Shown piece by piece: positions 1-11,537 of a DNA stretch of 64,000 bases. Every line of letters begins with the position of its first letter. The stretch's first letter is position 1. The notes under the pieces were generated by a model that had not been told where the DNA came from, did no database searches, and saw only the letters and a list, made by a program, of their open reading frames with translations. Source of the DNA: Octopus sinensis (taxonomy: Eukaryota); NCBI RefSeq assembly GCF_006345805.1, contig NC_043025.1, positions 15,996,001 through 16,060,000 on the forward strand, read 5' to 3'. Made by a program: the position numbers and the translations under genes.

Positions 1-11
1 TGAAAAAACCT

Positions 12-239
12 TTAACCCTTTAGTGTTCAGATTACTCTGTTAAATGTAATGCTTTTTTTATTTAAATTGTTTTGAATTAATCATTCATTATCTTATAGCT
101 TTGAGGTTTCAATGATGTGATTGTTTATTTTTAGGTTTATTTTTAGGTTTAGTGTGAGAGGCTAGATATGTCCAGTTGAATATAAAATATGTAGAATATA
201 TTGGGCCGGATTTGGCCAGTTTAAACACGAAAGGGTTAA
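12..239 (+). mobile_element. piggyBac-like MITE
   Basis: TTAA at 12-15 and 236-239 flank CCCTTT...AAAGGG ends. A reverse-orientation relative lies at 27455-27681. Confidence 0.7.
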
Positions 240-267
240 GTGTACTCCATCCTGCCAATAGTGCCTA

Positions 268-905
268 AGTACTTAACAAGCTTATTGTTACGTACTTGCT
301 AATTATAGCAAGCTTATTGCTTATTAGCAAGTCTACTTCCTCCCTTTCTTTGAGTATTTAACAAGCTTTATTGCTTTAATTAGCAAGTCTGCCCTCTCAT
401 CGTTACAGCATTTAACAAGCTTATTAGCTTAATTAGCAAGTCTACTTCATTTGACCATTAAGATATCTAACAAATTTATTTCTGTAACTACCAAGTATTC
501 TCCAGTTGATTGTTAAGGTATTTAACAACCATATTACTTCAATTAGCGAGTCTACTCTGTCCCATCGTTAAGGTGTTTAATGAACTTTTTACTTTAATTA
601 GCAACTCTACACTTCTATACAAGTGTTTTGATAATTAACATTTTCCTTTTAATTACTCTTCTTGTTTATCCAATTTGATTATTAAAATATTTAATGAGTT
701 CACTCCTTTAATTAGTAAGTTTGTTCAATCATTAAAGTAATTAATGAACTTATTACTTTGATTTGAAAGTTTGCTCCATCTCATTGATAATGAACTAATT
801 AAAATTGCTAATTAAAGTAATAATGAATTTATTACTTTAATTAGTTAGTGTACTCCTCTGTCCAGTCATTAAAATATTTAACAAGCTTCTTATCTTAATT
901 ACTCT
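268..905. repeat. Degenerate ~60-bp minisatellite
   Basis: The motif (t)ttaacaagcttatt-cttaattagcaagtctac recurs about every 55-65 bp, roughly 10-11 copies. Confidence 0.7.
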
Positions 906-959
906 ATTTGTGAATCATTATATTTTCCTAACGACATCGTCTGCTCTTCTCGTTAACAG

Positions 960-1009
960 GCTGGTGTGATTGAAGGGTCCGTTATAATGTCAGTTGTTGG
1001 AATCATAAG
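960..1009 (+). CDS. Exon A of Aa_trans/AAAP-family amino-acid transporter (TM2: AGVIEGSVIMSVVGII-S)
   Basis: Acceptor ttaacag|G and donor AAG|gtaaga. The 50 nt end in phase 2, and AG+C joins the next exon to give AGVIEGSVIMSVVGIISIYAMLLIIKCKYRL, resembling TM2 of AVT3/ANT1/SLC36-type transporters. Confidence 0.88.
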
Positions 1010-1839
1010 GTAAGAAGATGGTGTCTTATATTTTGTGGGATGTTGGGAAAGGGTTAGGGGATACCCGTACTCCTTTTTTACCCCCTCATCCCACCACCCA
1101 TTCTTTTTAAACATCGTTTATGCAATGGAAAAGATGTTGTGAATGTTGTTGCTGTTATTGTTGTTGTTGTTGTTTAGTGCCTTCCACCCCACCCCTGTCC
1201 TCCAGGATCAACACTCAACACGGGACCTATGAGGAGAGGCACGATGTGCCACTATGGAATTTCAATTAAATTAATTAAAATTTTGCACTGACTTTACTGT
1301 TTGGTTTTCCTGCAGAGTATGCCCCTGAGTATCTTTTTTTTCTTCTTCTTCTTCCATGTGGCTGTGTGGTTAAGAAGCTCAATTTGCAACCATGTGGTTC
1401 TGGGTTCAGTCCCACCGCATGGCTCCTTGGGCAAGTGTCATCTGCTATAGTCAAAGCCTTGTGAGTGGATTTGGTAGATGGAAACTGAAGGAAGCCTGCA
1501 GTGTTTATATGTGTCTGTGTTTGTATCCCCACCACCACTTGATAACCAGTGTTGGTGTGCTTATGTCCCATAACTTAGTGGTTCCGCAAGAGAGGTAAAT
1601 TAAAGTAAATAATGGGGTTGATTAATTCAATTAAGAATCCTTGAAGGTGGTGCCCCAGCATGGCCTCAGTCTAATGATTGAAACAAAGAATATATTTGAT
1701 ATAGTAATAACCTCATGCATTTCAAAGCTCCTCTGCAGTCATTGGCTACCATATGCCTTTCTACAGCTGGATATTTTCCAGAGTTGGATAAACATGTGGA
1801 ACTCCACTATTGTATAGGATTAACATAACAAAGTGGGGG

Positions 1840-2335
1840 GAGCTGGGAGGCACGTTGGCACACCAGGCGAAATGCTTAACGGTATTTTGTCTGCCGTTAC
1901 GTTCTGAGTTCAAATTCCACCGAGGTCGACTTTGCCTTTCATCCTTTCGGGGTCGATAAATTAAGTACCAGTTACGCACTGGGGTCGATGTAATCGACTT
2001 AATACCTGTGTCTGTCCTTGTTTGTCCCCTCTGTGTTTAGCCCCTTGTGGGTAATAAAGAAATAGGTATTTCGTCTGTCTTTACGTTCAGAGTTCAAATT
2101 CTTATTTCTTGTATTACCCACAGGGGGCTAAACATAGAGGGGACAAGCAAGGACAGACAAAGGGATTAAGTCGATTACATCGACCCCAGTGTGTAACTGG
2201 TACTTAATTTATCGACCCTGAAAGGATGAAAGTTAAAGTTGACCTCGGTGGAATTGGAACTGAGAACGTAACAGCAGACAAAATACCTCTAAGCATTTCG
2301 CCTGGCGTGCTAACGTTTCTGCCAGCTCGCCGCCT
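1840..2335. mobile_element. Two copies of SINE family B, tail-to-tail (palindrome)
   Basis: 1840-2064 (+) and 2101-2335 (-) are reverse complements (gagttcaaattc...gtcgactttgcctttcatcc...ggggtcgat), with a ~36-nt spacer. Confidence 0.8.
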
Positions 2336-2469
2336 TTCTGAGTTCAAATTCTGCCAAGGTCGACTTTATATTTCATCTTTTTGGGGTCGATAAATTAAGT
2401 ACCAGTTGCGTACTGGAGTCGATCTAATCGACTGGCTTCCTCCCCCAAAATTTCAGGCCTTGTGCCTAG

Positions 2470-2808
2470 AGTAAAGGGTAAAGACCCCCTTCGGTCATGA
2501 ATGACCATGGGATTGCACCTAGAGAGTTACCCTCTGAGGCACAAGTCTGGGCAAGGTTGTTTTATGGAAGACCAGCAGTCGCCCATGCATACCAGCCTCC
2601 CCTCTCCACGCCACCAGTGTTATCCAAGGGAAAGACAAAGGTCGATACAGCTTGGCACCAGTGACGTCGCAACTCATTTCTACAGCTGAGTGAACTGGAG
2701 CAACGTGAAATAAAGTGTCTTGCTCAAGAACACAACGCAGCCCGGTCCGGGATTCGAGCTCACAACCTCACGATCGTAAGCTCGACGCTCTAACCACTGA
2801 GCCATGCG
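2470..2808 (-). mobile_element. tRNA-derived SINE (family D)
   Basis: The reverse complement begins with a tRNA-like head carrying an A box (TGGCTCAGTGG) and a B-box-like motif. A second copy is at 60745-61083. Confidence 0.8.
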
Positions 2809-3226
2809 ACATGAAGATGGCTTTAATAGCAAATTACAACATTTGTTTCTGCACCAGACACCAGCTTTATCTTCCTGATTTTACATTCATATATCATTTT
2901 ATAAGATTATTTTTCCGAATAACTATATAAATAGGTAGATATGATCTGGTAACAGCTGTGTGTTGGTGCTTCCTTGGGCAGAATGCAATGACGCGCTGTG
3001 TTGGATTTGAGTCCCTCATCATATGTGCCTTGCTGGTTTTTCTTCACCAGTCACAGGGGCAGGAGTGGCTGTGTGGTAAAAAGCTTGCTTACCAACCACA
3101 TGGTTCCGGGTTCAGTCCCACTGCATGGCACCTTGGGCAAGTGTCTTCTACTTTGGCCTTGGGCTGACCAAAGCCTTGTGAGTGGACTTGGTAGACAGAA
3201 ACTGAAAGAAGCCCGTCGTGTGTGTA

Positions 3227-3274
<48 letters not shown>

Positions 3275-3557
3275 AGCATGGCTGTGTGGTAAGAAGCTTA
3301 CTTTGCAATCATGTGGTTCCAGGTTCAATCCCACAGCATGGCACCTTCTACTATGTTTATCTCTCTCTCTCTCTCACTCTGTGCTTCTCTCTGTCTTTCT
3401 CTTTTTTCTTTCTCTCCCTACGTTCCTCCCTCTCTACTCCCCTCTCTCTTGTGTCACATCACTCTTCATCACTCTTCATCCTCTACCTTTCTTTCTGTCT
3501 GTCTGTTTGTCTCTCGTCCAACCATTGTCGTTTCTCTTCTTTCTTTCTCCATTTCAG

Positions 3558-4194
3558 CATCTACGCCATGCTTCTGATCATCAAATGTAAATACCGACTC
3601 TTGGAGCAGCGAAGCCAATTTGTGAAGGCGTACAAGCTGAAGGGTGCCACACGGGCCTGGAGCCAGAGTCAGAGTCGGCTGCGGAAGATGGCGATCAATG
3701 CAGAGGACACAGAGAATCTGCTAAAGTACCATGCGAAACCTCACTCTGATGAAGAGAGTGACCCAATCACCGAAAAGGTAAAAAAGCCCCTCCATCCTCT
3801 GCTTGTTGAAAATTACCGTGTCCAGCGCCCCAGTGCCACTACAGATGTCGCCACCTCTGCTGCCACCACCACCACCGCCACTAGAACTACTACCACCACC
3901 ACTCCTCCTCCCCCTCCCACTACTACTTTTCCTACTACTTCCACTACTTCTGTAACTGCTGCTGCTGCTGCTACTGCTACTTCTTTATCGAGACGCGATG
4001 GACGAAATTCGTTGTTTACGTTCGACGACGATGATGATGACGACGACGACGACAGCGACGATGACAATGACGACTGGAACGAGGAGAAGATGATGCTGAG
4101 GAGGATGAAGATGATGAAGATGATGGAAGACGAGGAAGAGGATGAGCCAGGTGAGGAAAGCCCAGTTCCGCAAGGTGTGAAGAAAGATGCCAAG
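3558..4194 (+). CDS. Exon B of the transporter: end of TM2 plus long low-complexity loop
   Basis: Pyrimidine tract and atttcag|C acceptor. Open for 212 codons (IYAMLLIIKCKYRLLEQ...KKDAK). Phase-0 donor AAG|gtacat matches the next exon. The 3' boundary is less certain because of a competing donor at 4150. Confidence 0.8.
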
Positions 4195-4207
4195 GTACAT
4201 TCATTAT

Positions 4208-4249
<42 letters not shown>

Positions 4250-5599
4250 GCTTTGTCACTTCCGGAATGACCCCTCCATTGAGAACCATCTCCTGCACAC
4301 CTCCTCTTACTGCATCATCCTCCTCCATCTGATCTTACTAACATGGCTGTGGCTACTACTACAACTACAACTACTACTACAACTACTACTATTATTACTA
4401 CTGCTGCTACTACTACTACTGCTGCTGCTACTGCTACTGCTGCTTCCATTTCCCTTCCATCCCCTCTTTTTTTCTCCCCCTTCCAATGCATGATTTTTAA
4501 GCTGCCTGCTAAAGTCCCTTGGATGAAAAAAAGGAAACATGGTCAAATAATAATAATAATAATAATAATCCTTCCTATTAAAGGAACAATACCTGAAATT
4601 GTGGAGGAGGGGGAGGGGGCTTAAGTCGATTATATCAACACCAATATACAACTGGTACTTATTTTATCCACCCCGTAAAGCGATGAAAAGTAAAGTTGGC
4701 TTCAGTGGAATTTGAACTCGGAACATGAAGAGGGATAAAATGCTGTTAAACCCTTTGCTTCGTTTGCTAACGATTCTGCCAGCTTGCTGCCTTCATTAAT
4801 AACAATAACAATAACAATAATAATAATAACAACAATAATAATAATAATAATAATAATCGATTCTACTAGAGGCACAAGGCTTGAAATTTTGGGGGTGGGA
4901 TAAGTCGATGACATCGACCCCAGTACTCAACCAGTATGTGATTTATTGACCCTGAGAGGATGAAAGGCAAAGTCAACCCCAGTGGAATTTGAACTCAGAA
5001 CGTAGCAATGGGGGAAATACTGGTAAGCATCTTGCCCGGTGTGCTATCGATTCTGCCAGCTCACCGCTGTACTACTACTACTACTGCTCTTTTACTTGTT
5101 TCAGTCATTTGACTGCAGCCATGCTGGAGCACCGCTTTTAGTCAAAGAAATCGACCCCAGGACTTATTCCTTGTAAGCCTAGTACTTATTATATCGGTCT
5201 CTTTTGCCGAACCGCTAAGTTACAGGGACGTAAACACACCAGCATCGGTTGTCAAACGATGTTGGGGGACAAACACAGACACACAAACATATACACACAC
5301 ATACATACATACACATATATATATATAGATATATATTTGTTGAAATAGAAAGATGAATTTTCTTGTTACAGATTATTCAAAAGTTTAACCGATACCTGGG
5401 TAGCAAAAATCACAGCAGAAAATACACGGTTGGAGATAAGACCATTTGGTGTTGCAACCGTGCGTTGGTGCGGATAATTGAAGTTTAATATTATTATTGA
5501 ATGGAAGAAATGGAGTTGAACGAAGATTGTACAGAATTCCTTTTATTACATTCTACACATGTTTCAAATTTCTTCCATTCAATAATAATATATATATAT

Positions 5600-5630
<31 letters not shown>

Positions 5631-5639
5631 TATATATTA

Positions 5640-7790
5640 AGATTGAAGCAATTTGAAGATGATCTCTGGTCCATTGTGAGAAATGTAAAATTTCAACGAT
5701 CACCACTAAGAAATAAACATCTGAGGTATCTTCGCAACATCACCAAAGAAATCAATTCTATGGATGCTATGTTGGTTCAATCTGATAAGACTGGAAATCT
5801 GTACAAACTTGATAAAGACTATTATTTGGAATTACTTAAAAAAGAAATTCAGAAGAAATATACAATTACTGATAAAAGAATACTCAACAAAGCCAACTTT
5901 GAGGCTATGAAAATTATGGAGAAGTATAAAATGAAGACAGAACCACTTGTTCCTAAGCAACCTCGGTTCATTTTGAAGGATCACAAACCAAATGATTTTA
6001 CTAACCCATCATTAAGGCTTATCTGCCCTTCTAGCTCTGACATCGGTATCCTTAGTAAAAATATACTAGATAAATATATTCCTAATTTAATTAAATCATT
6101 AAAACTTAGTTTATGGTCTAATTTGTTTCAAGTATTTGACTGGTTTAGTTCTATTACTAATAAGGGGAGTACTAAGTTTATCCAGTTTGATATTTCCAAT
6201 TTTTATTCATCTATTAATCCAATAGTACTTAATAAGGCACTTTGGCTTGCTCATAACAAAGCTGGTCTCACCCGAGAAGAAATTAATGTTGTGTTGGCAG
6301 CCAGAAGATCTATTATTAAATTTGATGATAAGTTGTGGGTCCGTAAAGACACACCAGATAGTTTCGATATACCAATGGGAAGTTCTGATTCAGCACAGAT
6401 AGCTGATTTGGTCTGTATATATATTCTTTTTGAAATGGCTGAAGAGTTCCCTAACATTTATGGAGATCTATATCGTGATGATTGTTTACTTTACCTCCAA
6501 AATGTTTCCAACCAAAAGGTACAAAAAGTTAAGAATAGTTTAGTTAATTTTTTCAGTAGAATGGGCTTAAAAATCGTTTTTGATGACGATATGATGAAGG
6601 CCAACTTTTTAGATATTATGCTTAATTTACACAGTGACTCTTACTTCCCATATTGTAAACCGTTGACCAATCTTAAGTACATTAGCAAATTTGTAATCAT
6701 CCTAGAGCAATTACTAAGAACTTAGTTAAGAATATTTCATTTAGATTATCTAAATTATCTGTTAGTGTCGATATTTTCAGTGATAATGCTGAATTCTATA
6801 ACTCTGCCTTAATTAAAGCAGGTTATACAGAGAAAATTTTCTACATTGATTCTACTCAGTCTAATTGTAAATTCAATAATGTAGATAAGATTTCTAGTCG
6901 TAAAAGAATTATTGATAACAAACATAACTTATGCACCGATATAAAGCGAATGAAGGCAGATAACCCTTATTTAATCCCCTATTATCGTTCTAAAAGTTAA
7001 TATAACACCTTCAAAAGTAATTACGCTATGAATACTAGTAAAAATATTTGGTTAATAATTCCTTATGGGAGACAAATTAAATCTAATCTCCCACTGCTGT
7101 TTCGTCAATACCAGAGGGCGCACACTCTCCTACCCTGATGTAATCTCCAGGGATACAGGCATCCAGCAACAGGACCTCCGTAATACCATGATGGACCGTG
7201 AAGTCTGGCGAGGCATAGTCAATTCCATTGTCTCGACCACGGTCGAACAATGATGATGATGATTGCTACGAATTTTCCAAACATTTCTAGATATTACTCT
7301 ATAATCAATTCACATAAGGTTAGGATAGGTTTTTCAAACACAAAAAATCTCTTGCAAATTATATCTTCTCATAATAACAAACTGTTAAATATTAATACAT
7401 TTACTAATACTAACATTAATTTAGCCAATACCATCCAACCCTCTAGAAATATTAATAACAAGGTTATTGTATCTGAAGTCAATTCCAATAGAATTAAGTT
7501 TATGTCAAGTAACTCTAAAATTCTATAAGATTGCATTGTTTATACCATTTATTCTTTTGAATAGTATCAGTGGAATTTTCGAAACATGTGACAAAAGTAA
7601 GAATATTTGATTTACACCTGTGTTAAACTCCATTTATTTATTCGTATATTATACAAAAAATTCCACATAAACACGAAGTTTCTACCTTTATAAACAAGGA
7701 GTTACAACCTCTTTACTTGCGAGATTTTTGCTGCCCTGGTAACTATTTATTTATTTTTTCCGTGTTAATCGTTAACAAGGTAAAAATACT
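5640..7790 (+). mobile_element. Penelope-like retroelement, degenerate (Naiad/Chlamys-type RT motifs)
   Basis: The 360-aa ORF has DKTGNLY, KDHK, FDISNFYSSI, PMGSSDSAQIADLV and YRDD. After a frameshift at ~6690 it continues NHPRAITKNL..RLSKLS..YNSALIKAGY, then FPN..INSHKVRIGFSNTKNLLQIISSHNNKLL. No GIY-YIG recognised. Interrupted by a LINE fragment at 7106. Confidence 0.78.
7106..7263 (+). mobile_element. Solo 3'-end insertion of the RTE-clade LINE that forms the large array
   Basis: caataccagaggg...gaccacggtcg (140 bp) + aacaa + (TGA)n. It splits the Penelope reading frame between SNLPLLFRQ and IATNFP. Confidence 0.9.
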
Positions 7791-7823
7791 CTCAAATATT
7801 TATATATATATATATTATATATA

Positions 7824-8213
7824 GGCGTAGGAGTGACTGTGTGGTAAGTAGCTTGCTTACGAACCACATGGTTCCGGTTCAGTCCCACTGCGTGGCACTT
7901 TGGTTAAGTGTCTTCTGCTATAGCCTCGGGCCGACCAAAGCCTTGTGAGTAGATTTGGTAGACGGAAACTGAAAGAAGCCCGTCGTATATATGTATATAC
8001 ATATATATGTATATGTTTGTGTGTTGTGTTTGCTCCCCTACCCCAACATCGCTTGACAACTGATGCTGGTGTGTTTACATCCCTGAACTTACGGTTCGGA
8101 AAGAGCGCTGATAAGAATATACTAGGCCTACAAAGAATAAGTCCTGGGGTCGATTTCCTCGAATAAAGGCGGTGCTCAGCATGGCCACTGTCCAAATGAC
8201 TGAAACAAGTAAA
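7824..8213 (+). mobile_element. tRNA-derived SINE (family A), near full length
   Basis: ggcg(c/t)aggagtggctgtgtggtaag...ggttcagtccc...atgactgaaacaagtaaa. At least 15 full or partial copies in the window (e.g. 1355, 3055, 5090-, 8232-, 15690-, 22190, 49460-, 50600-, 51280-, 51895, 56260). Confidence 0.85.
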
Positions 8214-8530
8214 TTAAACAAAATGAATATAAATACGACGGGCTTCTTTCAGTTTCCATCTCCAAATCCACTCACAAGGCTTTGGTTGGCCTGAGGCTAT
8301 AGTGGAAGACACTTGCTCAAGGTGCCATGCAGATGCCCAAGGTGCCACTATTACTAATAATGATTGCCTCTACTAAAGGCACAATGCTTGAGGTTTGCGG
8401 GGAGGGGACTAGTCAATTACATTGACCCCAGTGTTTCACTCGTATTTAATTTCTTGACCCCAGAAGGATGAAAAGCAAATTCAACTTTGGTGGAATTTGA
8501 AATCAGAACCTAATGATGACAAAATGGTGC

Positions 8531-8582
8531 TGAACACTTCGACTGAACACTTCGACTGAACACTTCGACTGAACACTTCGAC
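8531..8582. repeat. 13-bp tandem repeat x4 inside a SINE
   Basis: (tgaacacttcgac)4. Confidence 0.9.
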
Positions 8583-8672
8583 TGGTCGGCTAAACGTTCT
8601 GCCAGTTCATTGCCTTCAATAATAATTATTATTATTATTATTATTATTATCATCATTTATTATTATTATTAT

Positions 8673-9230
8673 TGAGTGAGCGAGCAGAGCATGCCATCAA
8701 AGTGACCTGGGGTAAAATATACGAAGCCCAGTATACCCATCTGATACCCGTCTGATAAGGGTACACCAGGCACATGCATCACCAACCATATGTGCGCAAC
8801 ATGTGATCTCATATTAAGAAACAGCACATGACCTTGCAGGTGGGGCCCAGTTAGAATTTCTTCTCGAAGGTTGAGTCAGCCCATCCTGCTCAAACGCCCT
8901 GAATAAGGGTGTGCTTTAAGGATTTGAAGACCACCCATGTTACCAGGTAAATTATTCAAACCCCAAAGACTCCCTCTCAACACAGTGGCTATGATGCTCC
9001 CCCACTACTTCTGCTCGTGATCAGAGATGCACAATCGTCAGCCACTAAGGGACATGCTCAACTGGTTAAGGTCAAACAACTGACAAGCAAATCTGTGGTA
9101 TTGAGCAGAATATTTGCTGTAGCCCCCATCTTTTATACCAAGACAAAACAATGTACATGATAACACTTCCAATCAGTTAAGATCAGAAGCATGAGAGCCA
9201 CTGCCTGGTACTGCATCAGGGCATTTATTA
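8673..9230 (-). mobile_element. Unclassified interspersed repeat with (TAA)n tail (family E)
   Basis: Reverse complement of 22816-23236 over several hundred bp. Confidence 0.7.
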
Positions 9231-9694
9231 TTAATATTATTATTATTATTATGGCGGCAGTGAGCTGGCAGAATTGTTAGCATTCTGGACAAAATGCTTG
9301 GCAGTTTTTCGCCAGTGCTCCATTCTGAGTTCAAATTCTGCTGAAGTTGACTTTGCCTTCCATTCTTTCTGGGTCGATAAATCAAGTACCAGTGAAACAC
9401 TGGGGTTGATATAATCGACTTTTACCTTCCCCAAAATTTCTGCCTCTGTCGTGTGTGTATGTGTATGTATGCATGCATGTGTGTGTGTGTGTGTCAGTCT
9501 GTATGTATGTATCTATTGGTCATAGGGCCATGAAGTGAGATATTTGTACATCATTGAATTTTAGTGACAAAAGCTTGTACAACATATATATATATTTCAA
9601 GCGATCACACAGTCGCTGATTTTGCAACAAGCAAAAATGCTAATTCTGAAACATCTCCAAGAGATCTACGCAGAAGTTTTGCTCACAAGTAATA

Positions 9695-10046
9695 TTTGAA
9701 CCAGCCAGGACCCCTGGACTGGAGATACGTAAAAAGCACTATCTGAATCGTGGCCGATGCCAGCGCCGCCTCGACTGGCTTCCGTGCCGGTGGCACATAA
9801 AATACACCAATCCGACCGTGGCCGTTGCCAGCCTCGCCTGGCACCTGTGCAGGTGGCACGTAAAAAGCACCCACTACACTCACGGAGTGGTTGGCGTTAG
9901 GAAGGGCATCCAGCTGTAGAAACATTGCCAGATAAGACTGGAGCCTGGTGCAGCCTTCTGGCTTCCCAGATCCCCCGGTCGAACCGTCCAACCCATGCTA
10001 GCATGGAGAACGGACGTTAAACGATGATGATGATGATGATGATGAT
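9695..10046 (+). mobile_element. SINE-like family C with 3' hairpin and (GAT)n tail
   Basis: ...gttaggaagggcatccagc...ccatgctagcatgg..aacggacgttaaac(gat)n. Other copies at 11538-11938, 42424-42730, 50852-51058, 58570-58770(-) and 63320-63540(-). Confidence 0.8.
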
Positions 10047-10129
10047 TTCAACGTGGCTGTCCAGTTGAGCGGACTCTGCTGCGATTTTATCAGATGTAGT
10101 TATGCATCATTAACCAACTAGGGGAGATG

Positions 10130-10686
10130 TCCACTTGGGGTTAAAAAATCGCATTCGTGGGACAGAAGGGAAATCTCCTCGGTGACCAAAGGGCGAATCT
10201 ACCAGGTCATCATTCATACTATCCTCCTCTATGGTTGTGAAACATGGCCTGAGAGTTGTCGATCAGCGACGGCTGGAGGTGTTCGACAATGACTGTCTCC
10301 GCTGCATTCTTCGCTGCCGACGCATTGATCAGGTCCCTACAGCCTGAATCTCCGGCCCCTCCCTTCGGTGCTTCTACAATGGTACTTGAGGTGGTTCAGT
10401 CATGCGGCCTGGCGTCCAGAGGGTGAGCTGATTCGCGATGTCCTCTTCCCAACTGGCGCAAAGGCCCGAGTGGACAGCTGAAGACCTGGGCAATGATGAT
10501 AAAGGGGGACCCCTCCGAACTCTCAGGTCTGCGCATATGGAACCGCGAATGGCTCACTATCTCCAGTGACCTCACACGGGACCGTTGAGCGTGGGCCACC
10601 ATGGTTCGTGATGCCGTTAAGGACCAGGGAAGAAGCCGGCTCAACCCCCTGGGTGAACGCCGTCACAAGTACAAGTACAAGTAAGT
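10130..10686 (+). mobile_element. Degenerate RTE-clade LINE 3' fragment
   Basis: Frameshifted ILLYGCETW..RRLEVFDNDCLRCIL, followed by a (caagta)n tail. Confidence 0.7.
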
Positions 10687-11062
10687 AGAGTGTGCTGAAA
10701 TGGACAGCCATGTTGAAGTGGCTACAAATATTCCTTGCTTCTGCAACCCTTTTGCCATTCTCTCAGTCACCGTAGTAGGGTCCAGGGACAATTCATTCCA
10801 AGGTGACTGGTGCCTTTTTTACGGAAAGTTTAATGCCAGAGTACCTTTCTCCTACAAGAATTACCTTCCTTACAGCTTTGCCAAAAATAACAGGAACCTC
10901 TTTCAGGCCTGGGGAATCTCTTTAACTTGTAGGTAGGGTCCTGATATGTACTACCATTCTGGGTCAGAATGGATCTGGGAATAATGGTAATTAAGGGGTA
11001 ACTCCAAGCTCCCTGCAAGTCCAGAACTCCCCAACTGGAGCCTGACCTCCGGACTTTGTATA

Positions 11063-11486
11063 TTCTTTTACTTGTTTCAGTCATTTTGACTGTGGCCATA
11101 CTGGAGCACTGCCTTCAAGGGTTTAAATCAAACAAGTCAACTGCACGACTTGTTTTTCTCTTTAATCCTAGTACTTGTCCTATTAGTCTCTTTTGCCGAA
11201 CTGCTAGGTTACGGGGATGTAAGCACATGAGCACCAGTTGTCAAGCAGTGATGTGGCGGACAGGGGAGACAAACAACACATGCACACACACACTCTCTCA
11301 TATATATATATATATATATACATACACACTCACACACAACAGGCTTCTTTCAGTTTCTGTCTCCTAAATCCACTCATAAGGCTTTGGTCAGCGCAAGGCT
11401 ATAGTAGAAGACATTTGCTCAAGGTACAACGCAATGGGACTGAACCTGGAGAAGCATGCTTTTTACCACACAGCCACCTTTGCACC
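11063..11486 (-). mobile_element. SINE family A, diverged
   Basis: Reverse complement of the family A consensus with an internal (CA)/(TA) tract. Confidence 0.75.

Positions 11487-11537
<51 letters not shown>

Noticed and set aside
2998-4332. 444-aa ORF as one CDS
   Set aside because: The first ~186 codons are SINE and microsatellite sequence. Only 3558-4194 has splice sites and family motifs.
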